NCBI GenBank assembly: GCA_038087875.1
Contig: CM075988.1
Location: 3,596,001-3,660,000, forward strand
Reading direction: 5' to 3'
Length of the DNA stretch: 64,000 nucleotides
DNA from: Malacoraja senta
Lineage: Eukaryota
Position 1 is the first letter of the stretch. Every line of letters begins with the position of its first letter. Position numbers and translations under genes: made by a program. This document shows, piece by piece, positions 36,645 to 49,241 of this stretch. The notes beneath the pieces were generated by a model. It made no database searches and was not told the DNA's origin. It worked only from the letters and a program-made list of their open reading frames with translations.

Positions 36645-37432
36645 CAGTCAACAGAATATAGTCAATTTTATTCGTCACATGCACACGAAGGTGCATTGAA
36701 ATGAATTTGCCAGCAGCGGTACAATTACAAAAGAACACACAATACACAATGAGATTTAACACAAACATCCACCACAGCATTCTTCACTGTGGTGGAAGGC
36801 ACGAAGTTCAGTCAGTCCTCCTCCTTGTTTACCCGTGGTTGGGGCAATAAACCTCCGCAGTCACAGCTACGGATGGCCCGATGTAAAAGCCCTCTCGTCA
36901 GGACGGTCGAACGCACTCATGGAGGTCCAGAATCGGCACTTTCTTACCGGAGACGGTGGCTTCAGGATATTGTAGACCGCAGGCCCGCGGTTGGCGCTCT
37001 TCTCTGGCTATCCCCGGCTAGGGATCCCAGGCTCCGGATTGCAAGTCCATGCCGCGCCTGCAGACCGCGGCTTCAGGATGGAACAGTCCGCGGTCCAGCG
37101 ATCGGAGCACTCCCTTCTGGCGACCCCGGCAAGGGTTCGCCCACTCCGCGATGAAAAGTCCACGCTGCTGAAACTCCGAGACCAACTCCGGGAAAGGCCG
37201 CACCAATCCTTGGTGTTAGGCCACGAGGGAGGAGACATGGAAAAAGACGCCTCCTGTGGAGGAGGCGACCGAAAGCGGTTCCCCCCTTACACCCCCCTCA
37301 CCACCCCCCACACATGACAAACCGAGAGACACTAAAACAAACATTTGGACACACTAAAAAAACCCCAAAAATGTCGAAATAATGGACACGCTGCTGGCAG
37401 GGCAGCCATCTCGCAGAGCCCCCACCGACCAA
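36645..37432 (-). mobile_element. Non-coding ~0.8-kb element with Rex1/Babar-like tail (family A)
   Basis: 5' agatggctgcc, T-rich tract, G-run, CpG-rich body, gccttccaccacagtga...ctgtggtggatgtt, then tail tttcaatgcac..gtgcatgtgacgaataaa. Confidence 0.65.
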
Positions 37433-37699
37433 CCTCCAGTAATTTTGTTAAGTATAGGATGTGGGCATTACCTTCACTCACTCACATGCTGATGTCCTAC
37501 CTTGTTCCTTCCCACACAACAGTTGATGGGTTTGTGTGAGAGAGAGAGTACAGGTGAAATGGGGATAAGTGGAGAATTGGATTGATTGTCTTGCTCTGAG
37601 AGCTGCCATCGACTCAATGGGCCAAATGGCCTCATGCATCATAATGAATAGGAGACATTTAGAAAGGAGGAGAGGTTTGGAGGTAGATTTCAGAAGTGG

Positions 37700-38176
37700 T
37701 GTTGTGGCAAGTTGGCCTTCATAACGAGAGGATTTGAGCATAGGAATAAAGAGGTCCTCACTGGAATTTAGAAGGATGAGAGGCAATCTTATAGAAACAT
37801 ATAAAATTATAAAAGGACTGGGCAAGTTAGATGCAGGAAAAAGGTTCCCAATGATAGGGGAGTCCAGAACCAGGGGCCACAGTCCAAGAATAAATGGGAG
37901 GCCATGTAATGAGATGAGAAAAATCTTTTTCACCCAGAGAGTTGTGAATTTGAGGAATTCTCTGCCACAGAAGGCAGCAGAGGCCAATTCACTGGATGCA
38001 TTTAAAAGAGAGTTAGATGGAGATCAAGGGGCTAGCGGAATCAAGGGATATGGGGAGAAGGCAGGCACGGGTTACTGATTGTGGATCATCAGACATGATC
38101 ACATTGAATGGCGGTGCTGGCTCGAAGGGCCAAATGGCCTCCTCCTGCACCTATTTTCTATGTTTCTGTTTCTATG
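37700..38176 (+). mobile_element. CR1/HER1 LINE 3' fragment (many shorter ones elsewhere, e.g. 16885-17183, 22165-22500, 30995-31490, 53620-53930)
   Basis: LEFRRMRGNLIETYKI...FFTQRVVNL; 3' UTR. Confidence 0.88.
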
Positions 38177-39070
38177 TTGTGAAATTTGTGAGATTGTTAT
38201 CAGCAGATGTTGATTGCTCAGAATCCTAAGATATAGCGATGACCACATGTCTAAGTGCCAGTGATTGCCAGAGAGGTGTTGGGGAATGTGTAGGAAGGAA
38301 CTGCAGATAGACACAAAAAGCTGGAGTAACTCAGCGGTGAGGCAACATCTCTGGAGAGAAGGATTGGGTGATGTTTCGGGTTGAGACCCTTCTTCAGACT
38401 CTGCTGGTTCGAGTCTGAAAAATTCGACCCGAAACGGCACCCATTCCTTCTCTCCAGAGATGCTGCCTGACCCGCTGAGTTACTCCAGCTTTTTGTATCT
38501 ATCTTTGGTGTTGGGTAATGTACTGTGATATAATGCATCTACTTTTACCCCAGTCAGTAGAGTGCAGCTCCTCGCTTCACAAACTTACTGAACATCTGTG
38601 AGTATTTTCTCATATTTAGTTAGTTTACTTCAGTTTGGTTTCATTTTGTTTAGTTTATTATTATCACGTGGTACAGTGAAAATCTTTTTTGTTGCATGCT
38701 ATCCACTTAGCGAAAATAATATACATGGTTACAATCAAGCTGCCCACAGTGTATAGATAGACACACACACACACATCTCCATATACTACAAACATGTGCA
38801 CAAACCTAGATCCTCTGGTTCTTGATTCCCCTAAACTGGGTAAAAAACTGCATTAATCCTCTCTATTCTCCTCATCTTTTTATACACATGTATAAGATTA
38901 CCCTTTTGGAAACATCATAGTCATAGAGTGATACAGCATGGAAACAGGCCCTTCAACCCAACTTGCCCACACTGGCCAACACGTCCCATCTACACTGGTC
39001 CCACCTGCCTGCATTTGGCCCATATCCCTCCAAACCTGCCCTATCCATGTAACTGTCCAAATGTTTCTTA

Positions 39071-39261
39071 AGGTCCTGTCCCACTTGGGCGTCATTTTGT
39101 ACATCCCAAAACCCTGGGGCTCCGCGCGCGACCGCGCGTCACTGCCTACGTCACCACGCATCATGCGCTCGTAATGCGCACCATGCATGCGTCGTGCGTC
39201 ATGACGCGTAAATGATGTCGCGTAAATGACGCGCAAATGACGCCCAAGTGGGACAGGCCCT
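39071..39261. mobile_element. PIF/Harbinger-type MITE (191 bp)
   Basis: 27-bp TIR agg(t/g)cctgtcccacttgggcgtcattt with TTA target duplication; excision restores the CR1 sequence gtttcttaaacattgc. Confidence 0.88.
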
Positions 39262-39602
39262 TTAAACATTGCGACGGAACCTGCCTCAACTTCCACCTTT
39301 GGCAGCTCCTTTCACCCTTTGCGTGAAAAAGTTACCCCTTTTTTAGTTCAGTTTAATTTAGAGTTCCTATTAACTATATTCCCCTCCTCACCTTAAACCT
39401 ATGTCCCCCGGTTCTCGATTCCCCTACTCTGGGCAAGACCCAATCAACTCCTCTGGTGATTTTGTACCATGCACCCACCAACCTGTGCGTGCGAACATTG
39501 CCCCTCATGTTCCCATTAACACCCTTGTTAATACACCACCAGCGGATATGCGGAGGGGGTGCCGGCATGCCGCTGCTTTCACTGAGTTGCCGAGTCACTC
39601 AC

Positions 39603-39703
39603 TATTCGGTCGGGAGGAGGTGTACTGCGAATGAAGCACTTGATCTGGCCCTTCTTCCCCTGCAGGGCATGCTGCATCTGCGTGCTGGAGATGATGGGAG
39701 GCC
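39603..39703 (-). CDS. KIRREL3: KIRREL3 coding exon, Ig5 N-terminal part (101 nt)
   Basis: Boundaries ttttcag|GG CCT CCC...CGA ATA|gtgagt. Translates (G)[33 protein letters not shown]. Confidence 0.96.
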
Positions 39704-41954
39704 CTGAAAACCGAAACACAAACAAATCACACATCCGACCCGCCAAAGCACTTTATTACATTAGACCACTCATCCAAACCAGCCCTGCTTGTAATACACC
39801 CTTTCCAAATGAACAACTAACATCAGGGCGAGCTCCGCACATAATTATGTTGAATATAATTGCTGTTTATTAGAAGCCTAATTGAAATAAATTTGCATTT
39901 TTATGAATATTTTAAAGGCTAATTGCACACAGAATGTGCAATAGACGAGCTGGGCTCAGCTACTTCAGCAGTGAAGACCTCTTGATGGCTGGGGAGGAGC
40001 AAGAGGGATTCCGTTGAAGGGCATGGAGTGCCGACAAGATTACAGCTCGGTACAAAATCTTATGCCGGGATTAACAAAACTCACTCAGTCTTCATGTGTA
40101 GGAAGGAACTGCAAATGCCTACCTGAACTCTCAGTTGCTAAACACTTTAACTCTCCTTCCCATTCCCTTTCTGTCCTGGGTCTCCTCCATTGTCAAAGTG
40201 AGGCCCAGTGCAAATTGGAAGAACAGCACCTCATATTTTGCTTGGGCACCTTACAGCCCAGTGGTATGATTAGTGATTTGTCTAGCTTCAAGTAACCCCG
40301 GCATTCCCTCTCTCACCATCCCTCCCCCACGCAAGTCGCACCAGCTTCTCGTTCTCACCCAACAAACAGCTGACGATGGCCTGTTTCCTTTATCATCGTT
40401 ACTTTTTTGCATATCTTTCATTCATGCTTCTACAGTATATCTCTCTACATCATCTCTCGTTTCCCTTTCCCATGACTTTCAGTCTGAAGAAAGGTCTTGG
40501 CCCGAAACATCACCCATTCCAGCACCCCAGAGATGCTGCCTGTCCCGCTGAGTCACTCCAGCATTTCGTGTCATTCAGTCTTCATGAGGATTTGCTATTT
40601 CAGAGTCATAGACTCATAGAGTGACACAGTGCGGAAACAGGCCTCTCGGCCCAACTCACCCACACCGACCAACATTTTTCCATCTACACGTCCCACCTGC
40701 CTGCATTTGGCCCATATCCCTCCAAACCTGTCCTATCCATGTACCTGTCTAAATGTTTCTTAAACATTGCAATAGTACCTGCCTCAACTACCTGCTCCGG
40801 CAGCTCGTTCCGTACACCCACCACCCTCTGTGTAAAATGAACCCCCCTGGTTCCTATTAGTTTTTTCTCCCCTCATACAGCGTGGAAACAAGCTATAACG
40901 TTAATGTGTATAGGCAGTTCAGATACTTCTTTGGCATTAGGTTTGGTTTTCTTGGTTGAGCGCTCATCCTGGTGTTACAGCATGTACTTTGTGTTTTAAT
41001 AGTAATTTATGTCCTCTCGCTCTCGATTCCCCTACTCTGGGCATTTAGTTCCACAAGATCCTAATTACCTTTCCAGACTTCATTTAAACACAAACTGAAC
41101 AGTGAAACTTTGCTTTTATCTTCCTTCAAGAAGAATATTTGGGCTTGGTCGCAAATGGCCCAGCATCTGATAGAAGTGATATATCGCTTGGGCAGCTTAC
41201 AACCCAGTGGTATGAATATTGATTTCTCTAACTTCAAGTAACCCTTGCATCTCCCCTCTCACCATCCCTCCCCCACCCAAGTCGTTGTTCTAGTTTCAAA
41301 GCAGTCATGTTGAGTCTCATTGTCTATAACTTGTTTTCACCTAGCACATGGCGAACGATGGCCTGTTTACTTTATCATCATTATCTTTCATTCATTTGTT
41401 CTATATCTCTCTATGTCACCTTCTATATCTCTCGTCTCCCTTTCCCCTGAATCTCACTGAAGAAGGGTCTCGACCTGAAACGTCACCTACTCCTTTTCTC
41501 CAGAGATGCTGCCTGGCCCGCTGAGTTACTCCAGTTTTTTGTGCTTATCTTCAGTTTAAACCAGCATCTGCAGTTCTGTCCGACACATCAGATAGAGTGG
41601 TCTGATGTTGCCTCACTGCTCCTGCAAATTAATACTGGACCAGAACCACTTTGGGGAAGAGAGCCACTGTGGGAGCACAGGTAGCAGCCGCACTAGACAT
41701 TGCTTCACAGAGCCACTGGTGATTGGCCAATGTTAACATATCCTGGTGCTCCGCTGATCTAAGGCCCTGACCAAAACTACTGCAGTTTATACAAGTGCCC
41801 CCCCTCTCCCCCCCGCATCACTCAAGTTGTAATCCCCCTCACTCTGTATTATTATCTCCAGCTGCCAATGATGTGCTTGGTGCCTTGTGTCTGTTTGCTT
41901 GTCTGTGTAAATGTACCTTCACAATTAAATGCATACAGGTGTCAATAAGTAAGT

Positions 41955-44365
41955 GTGTGTGTGACACACACACACACTGTGACACTCACTGTCTGGGGTA
42001 TGTGTGTGTGTGTGTGTGTGTGCCACTGTGTGTGGGTGTGTATGAGACCATGCGTGTCACAGTGTACGTGTGTGTGTCACTATGTGTGTATCACTGAGTG
42101 TGAACGTACATGTTTCACCATGATTGTGTGCACCATATCATGTGCATGTCGCTATCGGAGTGACTACATGTGTGACTGTATGTGTGTGTGTGTGCTGTGT
42201 GCTTCATTGCATGTGTGTGTTACTGTGTGTGTGAAACTGTGTGTGACTATGTGTGCATGTGTGTGGGTGAGTGTGTGCGCGTGTGAGACTGTGTGTGACT
42301 GTGTGAATGAGACTGTGCTTGTGTGTGTGTGTGCGTTTGCTTGTGGGTGTGGAAATATTTGGATATATATACTGCCCATATTTGCACAAATATATGCAAA
42401 TATGGTGGTACGGTGGTGCAGCGGCAGAGTTAGAGAGCCGGGTTCGATCCTGACTACGCGCGCTGTCCGTACGGAGTTTATACTTTCTCCCCGTGACCCG
42501 TGTGGGTTTTCTCAGGGAACTCCAGTTTCCTCCCACACTCCATAGACGTACAAGTTTGTAGGTTAATTGGCTTTGTATAAATGTCAATTGTCCCTCGTGT
42601 GTGTAGGATAATGTTAGTCTGCGGGGATCGCTGGTCGGCGCAGACTTGGTGGGCCGAAGGGCCTGTTTCCGCGCTGTATCTCTAAACTAAACTAAACTGT
42701 GCAGACTCCTGTGCATATTTATATATGATTGTTTACGTGATTGCATGTGATTGTGAACGTACACTGTGTATGTGTGTCCCTTTGTGCCTACTTGTCTGTG
42801 TATGTGTGTCCCTTTGTGCCTACTTGTCTGTGTATGTGTGTCCCTTTGTGCCTACTTGTCTGTGTGTGTGTGTCCCTTTGTGCCTACTTGTCTGTGTATG
42901 CAGGTAGACAAAGATGCTGGAGAAACTCTGCGGGTGAGGCAGCATCTATGGAGCGAAGGAAATATAAATTGTCTGTGTATGCATGTGGATGTGGATGTAT
43001 TTGTGCGTATGTGTGTGTGTCTGCATGTCACTGTGAGTATGTCACTGAGTTTGTGTGTCATTGTGTTTGTGTGTGGCACGGTGTCCATCTGTGTGCTTCT
43101 GTGTGTGTGTATATCACTGTGACTGTGTGTATGTGTGCGCATGCGTGTGTATGTGTGTGTGTATGTGTGTGTATATCACTATGTGACTGTGTGTATGTGT
43201 GTCACCGTGTGATCGTGTATGAATGTGTCACTGTGTGTGTGTGTCATTGTGTGATGGTGTGTGATTGTATCACTGTGACAGTGTGTGACTGTATGATTGT
43301 GTGTGACAATATGTGTGTGTCACTGTGTGTTTATCACTGTGTGACAATATGTGAGTGTGTGTGTTTGACAGTGTGAGAGTGTGAGAGTGTGTCAGTGTGT
43401 GTCAGTGTGTGTCAGTGTGTGTGTGTGTCAGTGTGTGAGTGTGTGACAGTGTGTGTGTCAGTGTGTGTGTCAGTGTGTGTGTCAGTGTGTGTCAGTGTGT
43501 GTGTCAGTGTGTGTGTGTCAGTGTGTGTGTCAGTGTGTGACAGTGTGTGTGTCAGTGTGTTTCAGTGTGTGTCAGTGTGTTTCAGTGTGTGTCTGTGTGT
43601 GTGTGTCCGTGTGTGTGTCAGTGTGTGTCAGTGTGTGTGTCAGTGTGTGTGTGTCAGTGTGTGTGTCAGTGTGTGACAGTGTGTGTGTCAGTGTGTTTCA
43701 GTGTGTGTCAGTGTGTTTCAGTGTGTGTCTGTGTGTGTGTGTCCGTGTGTGTGTCAGTGTGTGTGTCAGTGTGTGACAGTGTGTGTGTCAGTGTGTGTCA
43801 GTGTGTGACAGTGTGTGTGTGTGTCAGTGTGTGTGTGTCAGTGTGTGTCAGTGTGTGACAGTGTGTGTGTGTGTGTCAGTGTGTGTGTGTCAGTGTGTGT
43901 CAGTGTGTGAGTGTGTGTGTGTGTCAGTGTGTGTGAGTGTGTGTCAGTGTGTGTCCGTGCGCATCAGTGTGCGTGTCAGTGTGTGTGTCAGTGTGTGACA
44001 GCCTGTGTCAGTGTATCTGTGTGTGTGTCAGTGTGTGTGTCAGTGTGTGTGTCAGTGTGTGAGTGTGTGTGTCAGTGTGTGTGAGTGTGTCAGTGTGTCA
44101 GTGTGTCAGTGTGTGTGTCAGTGTGTGTGAGTGTGTGTGTCAGTGTGTGTGTCAGTGTGTGTGAGTGTGTGTGTCAGTGTGTGTGTGTCAGTGTGTGTCA
44201 GTGTGTGACAGTGTGTGAGTGTGTGTGTGTGTGTGTGTCAGTGTGTCAGTGTGTGTGAGTGTGTGTGCCAGTGTGTGTGTGTCAGTGTGTGTCAGTGTGT
44301 GTGTCAGTGTGTGTGTCAGTGTGTGTGACAGTGTGTGTGTCAGTGTGTGTCAGTGTGTGTGAGTC
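41955..44365. repeat. TG-rich microsatellite complex, including a ~32-bp tandem repeat (42766-42900) and (GT)nCA arrays (43380-44365)
   Basis: Visible directly; interrupted by a V-SINE at 42405-42697. Confidence 0.95.
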
Positions 44366-44420
44366 ACAGTGAGACTCAGTAATCGCCGCATGGTACACTG
44401 TGAAGAGTGGAGTGTTTTAC

Positions 44421-44547
44421 CGTTAACGGTCAGGCTGACCTCCCTCTCCCCGGCACCAACTCGTGGCACGACAGCCCGGCAGACATACTTCCCAGCATCC
44501 TCCTGGGTGACGGCCTTCAGGGTCATGACGTTATCATTGCTGAGAAC
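44421..44547 (-). CDS. KIRREL3: KIRREL3 coding exon, Ig4 C-terminal half (127 nt)
   Basis: Boundaries ctgcag|GTT CTC...GTT AAC G|gtaaaa. Translates [42 protein letters not shown](G). Confidence 0.96.
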
Positions 44548-45097
44548 CTGCAGGAGCGGGGCGAGAGGGCAGACACGTTAGAGGACATCGTGACTTCCTT
44601 ACCTTTTAGTTTAGAGATACAGCACGGAAACAGGCCCTTCGGCCCACCGAGTCCGCACCGACCAGTGATCCCCGCAAAGTATCACCATCCTACACACACT
44701 AGGGAAAATTTACATTGATACCAAGCCAATTAACCTACAAACCTGGACGTATTTGGAGTGTGGGAGGAAACAGGAGATCCAAAAAAAACCACGAAGGTCA
44801 CGGGGAGAACGTACAAACTCCGTATAGACAGCACCCTTAGTTAGGATCGAACCCGGGTGTCTGGTGATCTAAGGCAGTAGATCTACCGCTGCGCCACCAT
44901 GCTGACCTCTTGTTTCAGGCTTGTAGGTCATTGTCCACCTTCCCCATCCCACCCCTCTCAACCCAGGTCTCCATCTCAGCAATGACTGAGGATCAGGGCA
45001 ATGAGTGCAATTAGACCACCACAAGATAAGCAATAGAAGCCACTCGGCCCATCGAGCCTAGTATGCTACTGAGTAAGGTCATGGCCGCAGGTCCGGT

Positions 45098-45796
45098 TAT
45101 CCACACTCTTTCATTCCCAATATCCACACTCTCATTCCCAATATCCACTCCCTCTCATTCCCAAAATCCACTCTCTCATTCCCAATATCCACACTCTCAT
45201 TCCCAATATCCACACTCTCTTTCCCAATATCCACACTCTCATTCCCAATATCCACACTCTCTCATTCCCAATGTCCACTCTTTCTCATTCCCAATATCCA
45301 CTCTCTCATTCCCAATATCCACACTCTCATTCCCAATATCCACACTCTTTCCCAATATCCACACTCATTCCCAATATCCACTCCCTCTCATTCCCAATAT
45401 CCACACTCTCATTCCCTTTATCCACACTCATTCCCAATATCCACACTCTCTCATTCCCAATATCCACACTCTCATTCCCAATATCCACACTCTCTCATTC
45501 CCTTTATCCACACTCTCATTCCCAATATCCACACTCTCTCATTCCCAATATCCACACTCTCATTCCCTTTATCCACACTCTCATTCCCAATATCCACACT
45601 CTCATTCCCAATATCCACACTCTCATTCCCAATATCCACACTCTCATTCCCAATATCCACACTCTCTCATTCCGAATATCCTCTCTCATTCCCAATATCC
45701 ACACTCTCTCATTCCCAATATCCACACTCTCTCATTCCCAATATCCACACTCTCTCATTCCCAATATCCACACTCTCATTCCCAATATCCACACTC
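45098..45796. repeat. Minisatellite, 21-23-bp unit tcattcccaatatccacactc(tc)
   Basis: About 30 tandem units visible. Confidence 0.95.
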
Positions 45797-46881
45797 TTGG
45801 AAGGAGGGTGGGGATGTGTTCGGATAATTCATCTTACCAGCTGTAGTTTGGTGCCCCAAGTGAATACCATTCTGCCGTGGTCTACTTTCTCACCCACGGT
45901 CGGGCACCTCACAGACGGAGTCCAGTTTCAGTCAGAGCCAGTTTGCCTCAGCGGGAGTGGTAGACAGCCCCACACTCAATCCCACACACTGTGCTCTCTC
46001 TTCACGGGACTTACACTCACCCCATCACTGACACTGAGTGGAGAGTGTCATGGCCCTTTCAGGGAACCCCCCTTTGTCCTCTCCACTGCCCTCTCACATC
46101 TAACTTGGCCCTCTCTTTGATAGATGACGTTTTGGGTCGGGACATTTCTTCAGTCTGAAGAAGGGTCCCGACCCAAAACAACATCTATCCATGTTCTCCA
46201 GTGAGGCTGCCTGACCTTCATAAGGTCATAACTTCCAGGAGCAGAATTAGGCCATTCAGCCCATCAAATCTACGCCATCATTCAATCACGGCTGATCTAT
46301 CTCTCCCTCCTAACCCCATTCTCCTGCCCATAACCCCTGACACCTTTACTAATCAAGAATCTATCAATCTCCGCCTAAATAATATCCCCGAACATTATTA
46401 ATTTCAGGGATGCGAGCAAAACCAGAATATGAGTTTTCCCAAATTGTCCCTGATCGAGGGACAATTGCTGGTGATCTGCCTGCTTCCTCTGCAATATGTT
46501 AACGTAACTCCTACGTTTAGTTCAGTTTAGAGATACAATGCAGAAACAGGCCATTCGGCTCACCAAGTCTGTGCCGGCCAACAAGCCCCGCACGCTAACA
46601 CACTCGGGACAATTTTACATTTACCAAGCCAATTAACTTACAAACCTGTACGTCTTTAGAGTGTGGGAGGAAACGCGAGTTCCTGGAGAAAACCCACGCA
46701 GGTCACGGGGAGAACGTACAAACTCCGTACAGACAGCACCCATAGTCAGGATTGGACCAGGGTCTCTGGCACTGTTAGGCAGCAACTCTACCATTGTGCC
46801 ACCATGCCGCCCCACTTCACCAGAGATCCAGGTTCAATCTTAACAACGGGTGCTCTCTGTGGAGTAAGTGCGATCACCCTG

Positions 46882-47697
46882 CTCCGGAAGTGGCGGCGCT
46901 GCCTTGCAGCTGCGGCTCGCCTGCAGTCCGTTTGTCTTTTCTTTTTTTGTTTTCTTTTGTCCCGTTGTTGCGGTTTGTTTTGGTTTATTTTAGTTGTGTA
47001 TGTGTGGGGGGGTGGGAGAAGCATGTTTTTTGGCTCTTCCTTCGGGGGGGATGCGACCTTTCTTGCCGTATCCCCCGTCTCCGTCTCCGTCTGCGCTGAG
47101 GCCTATCGCGGAGCTGGCGGCCTCCAACTGGGACCGACCTCGGGGCTCGGGAGGCAGAGCCAGCCGGGACTTACCAACGCGGGGCTGGCCGACTTCGGGG
47201 CTGTGGTGGCGTTGCGACCCAACTTCCGACCCGACTTCGGAGCCTCGGAGGCTCGGCGAGGGCCAGTGGACGACATCGTCGGGAGCTCGCAGGTCACAGG
47301 TTGGTGACCTGTTTTTCCGTAGCTCCCGCAACAACAGCTGCGTCCGCTGGACTGGAGGGCGGCAGCTTCGACTGCCCTGGGCCGCGGAGTTTGAACCGGC
47401 CCGTTCGGATTCAGCCGCGGGACTTACTTACCATCACCCGGCGGAGTCACAACATTGGAGGGCTGGATCGCCTCAGCGCAGAGGGAGAGCAAAGAGGGAA
47501 GAGACATGGATTTTGGGACTTTTTGCCTTCCATCACAGTGAGGAGGTGCCTGGTGGACTCACTGTGGTGGATGTTAAACTGTGTTGAGTGTGTGTTTTTG
47601 TTATTTATTCTGTGTTATGACTGCAGGCTAAACCATTTCGTTGCACTGAAAAGTGCAATGACAATAAATTGAATCAAAATTAATAAAATCAAATCAA
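46882..47697 (+). mobile_element. Non-coding ~0.8-kb element with Rex1/Babar-like tail (family B), inserted in a V-SINE
   Basis: Same layout as 36645-37432; tail tttcgttgcac..gtgcaatgacaataaa plus (aaatc)n; flanks rejoin into a V-SINE. Confidence 0.7.
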
Positions 47698-48054
47698 ACC
47701 GTGGGGGTTTCCTCTGGGTGCTCCGTTTTCCTCCCACGTCCCACGGACAGGTTAATTGTAGTTTAATTGGCTTCTGTAGATTGCTCCTGGTGTTGGGAGT
47801 GGATGAGAAAGTGGGATAACTAGTGTGAATGGGTGATCGCTGGTCGGCACGGACTCAGTGGGCTGAAGGGCATGTTTCCACGCTGTATCTCTAAACTAAA
47901 CTAATTCCAATGGGAGTGGAATGTGGCAGAGGATGCCCTTCGTGGGCCTGTTTGGAAAGTCCACATTGAGCCCATGGCCCTGCTTGGCCAGTGGAGTGGG
48001 TGGGTGGGTGAGGAGAGGAGCCCACCAGTAACTGAAGCCAGGCCCCATACTCAC

Positions 48055-48182
48055 CACCCCAGAGCCTCGCTTCATCCACACGATGGTGAGAGATGGGTTT
48101 CCCGTCCAGGCACAGTTGAAGACAGCACTTGACCCCAGGTCCACGGCCAGCGATTGGGGTTCGGAGGTCAGCCGGGGTCCGA
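48055..48182 (-). CDS. KIRREL3: KIRREL3 coding exon, Ig4 N-terminal half (128 nt)
   Basis: Boundaries tgcag|TC GGA CCC...GGG GTG|gtgagt. Translates (F)[42 protein letters not shown]; phase joins the previous exon. Confidence 0.96.
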
Positions 48183-49241
48183 CTGCACAGTTGGAGAGAG
48201 AGAGATGAGGTGTGAGAGATGGTGAAGGGTGGGCTAGCTCTACTAATGACTAAGTCATCTGTTTGAACGATCAATGTTGGCCAAGATGCCAGCTTTGCCT
48301 ATTCTGTACTGACCTTCCCACTATCAAACAGTCGATGCCTCAGAAAGGCAGCCAGCATCATCAGAGACCCACCAACATGGCGACACACTCATTTTCACCA
48401 CTGCCATCGGGGAGAAGGTACAGGAGCCTTAAAACTGTAGTCATTTCATTGTTCCATATCGGGACATATGACAAGAAAACACTCTTGACTATTCTTCTTT
48501 AAAATACTAAAACTTTGTTAAAGCCTCAATTTACAGCGTATCTGAAAGACAGGACTGTGTCAATGCTCTCATAGTCATAGAATCACAGTCATACAGCTTG
48601 GAACCAGGCCCATCGGCCCAACTTGCCCACACCGACCAACATGTCCCATCTCCACAAGCCACAGTTGCCCGCGTTTGGTCCATATCCCTCTAAACTGCCC
48701 TATCCATGTACCTGTCCAAATGTTTCTTAAACGTTGCGATACTATCTGCCTCAACTACCTCCTCCAGCAGCTCGTTCCACCACCCTCTGTGTGAAAGGGT
48801 TATCCCTCAGGTTCCTATTAAATCGTTCCCCCCTCACCTGAAACCCAAGTCCTCTGGTTCTTGATTGCCCTACTCCGGGCAAGAGACGCTGCGCGTCTAC
48901 TCAGCCAATTCCTGTCCTTGCTCAATCTTCTGTTCTGCACTCTGGGGTACAATGTGAACCTGTCACCCTTTCCGTCCAAGGTGAAAGTGTTATTTCTTGT
49001 TCTGCTGTGTTATGGCATCCAGTCACAATTTTACATCAACGCTGTATTGCAGCTTTAATGGATAGGAAAGGTTTAGAAGGATATGAGGCAAACATGGGCA
49101 GATGGGACTCGTGTCGATGGGTAACTTGGTTTGTATACCTTGGGTGTGCATGCAAAGAATCTCCCTGTGCCTAGTCACATGTCACAATAAATATTCCATC
49201 CAGTGAGGAGTGAGATCCTTCACCAGAGGCCAACACCAACA

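Noticed and set aside
45098..45796. CRISPR-like regularly spaced repeats
   Set aside because: The units are contiguous with no unique spacers, in a eukaryotic context with no cas genes.
41955..45846. Cys/Val-rich and SHSQYP-repeat ORFs
   Set aside because: These are translations of microsatellite and minisatellite DNA.
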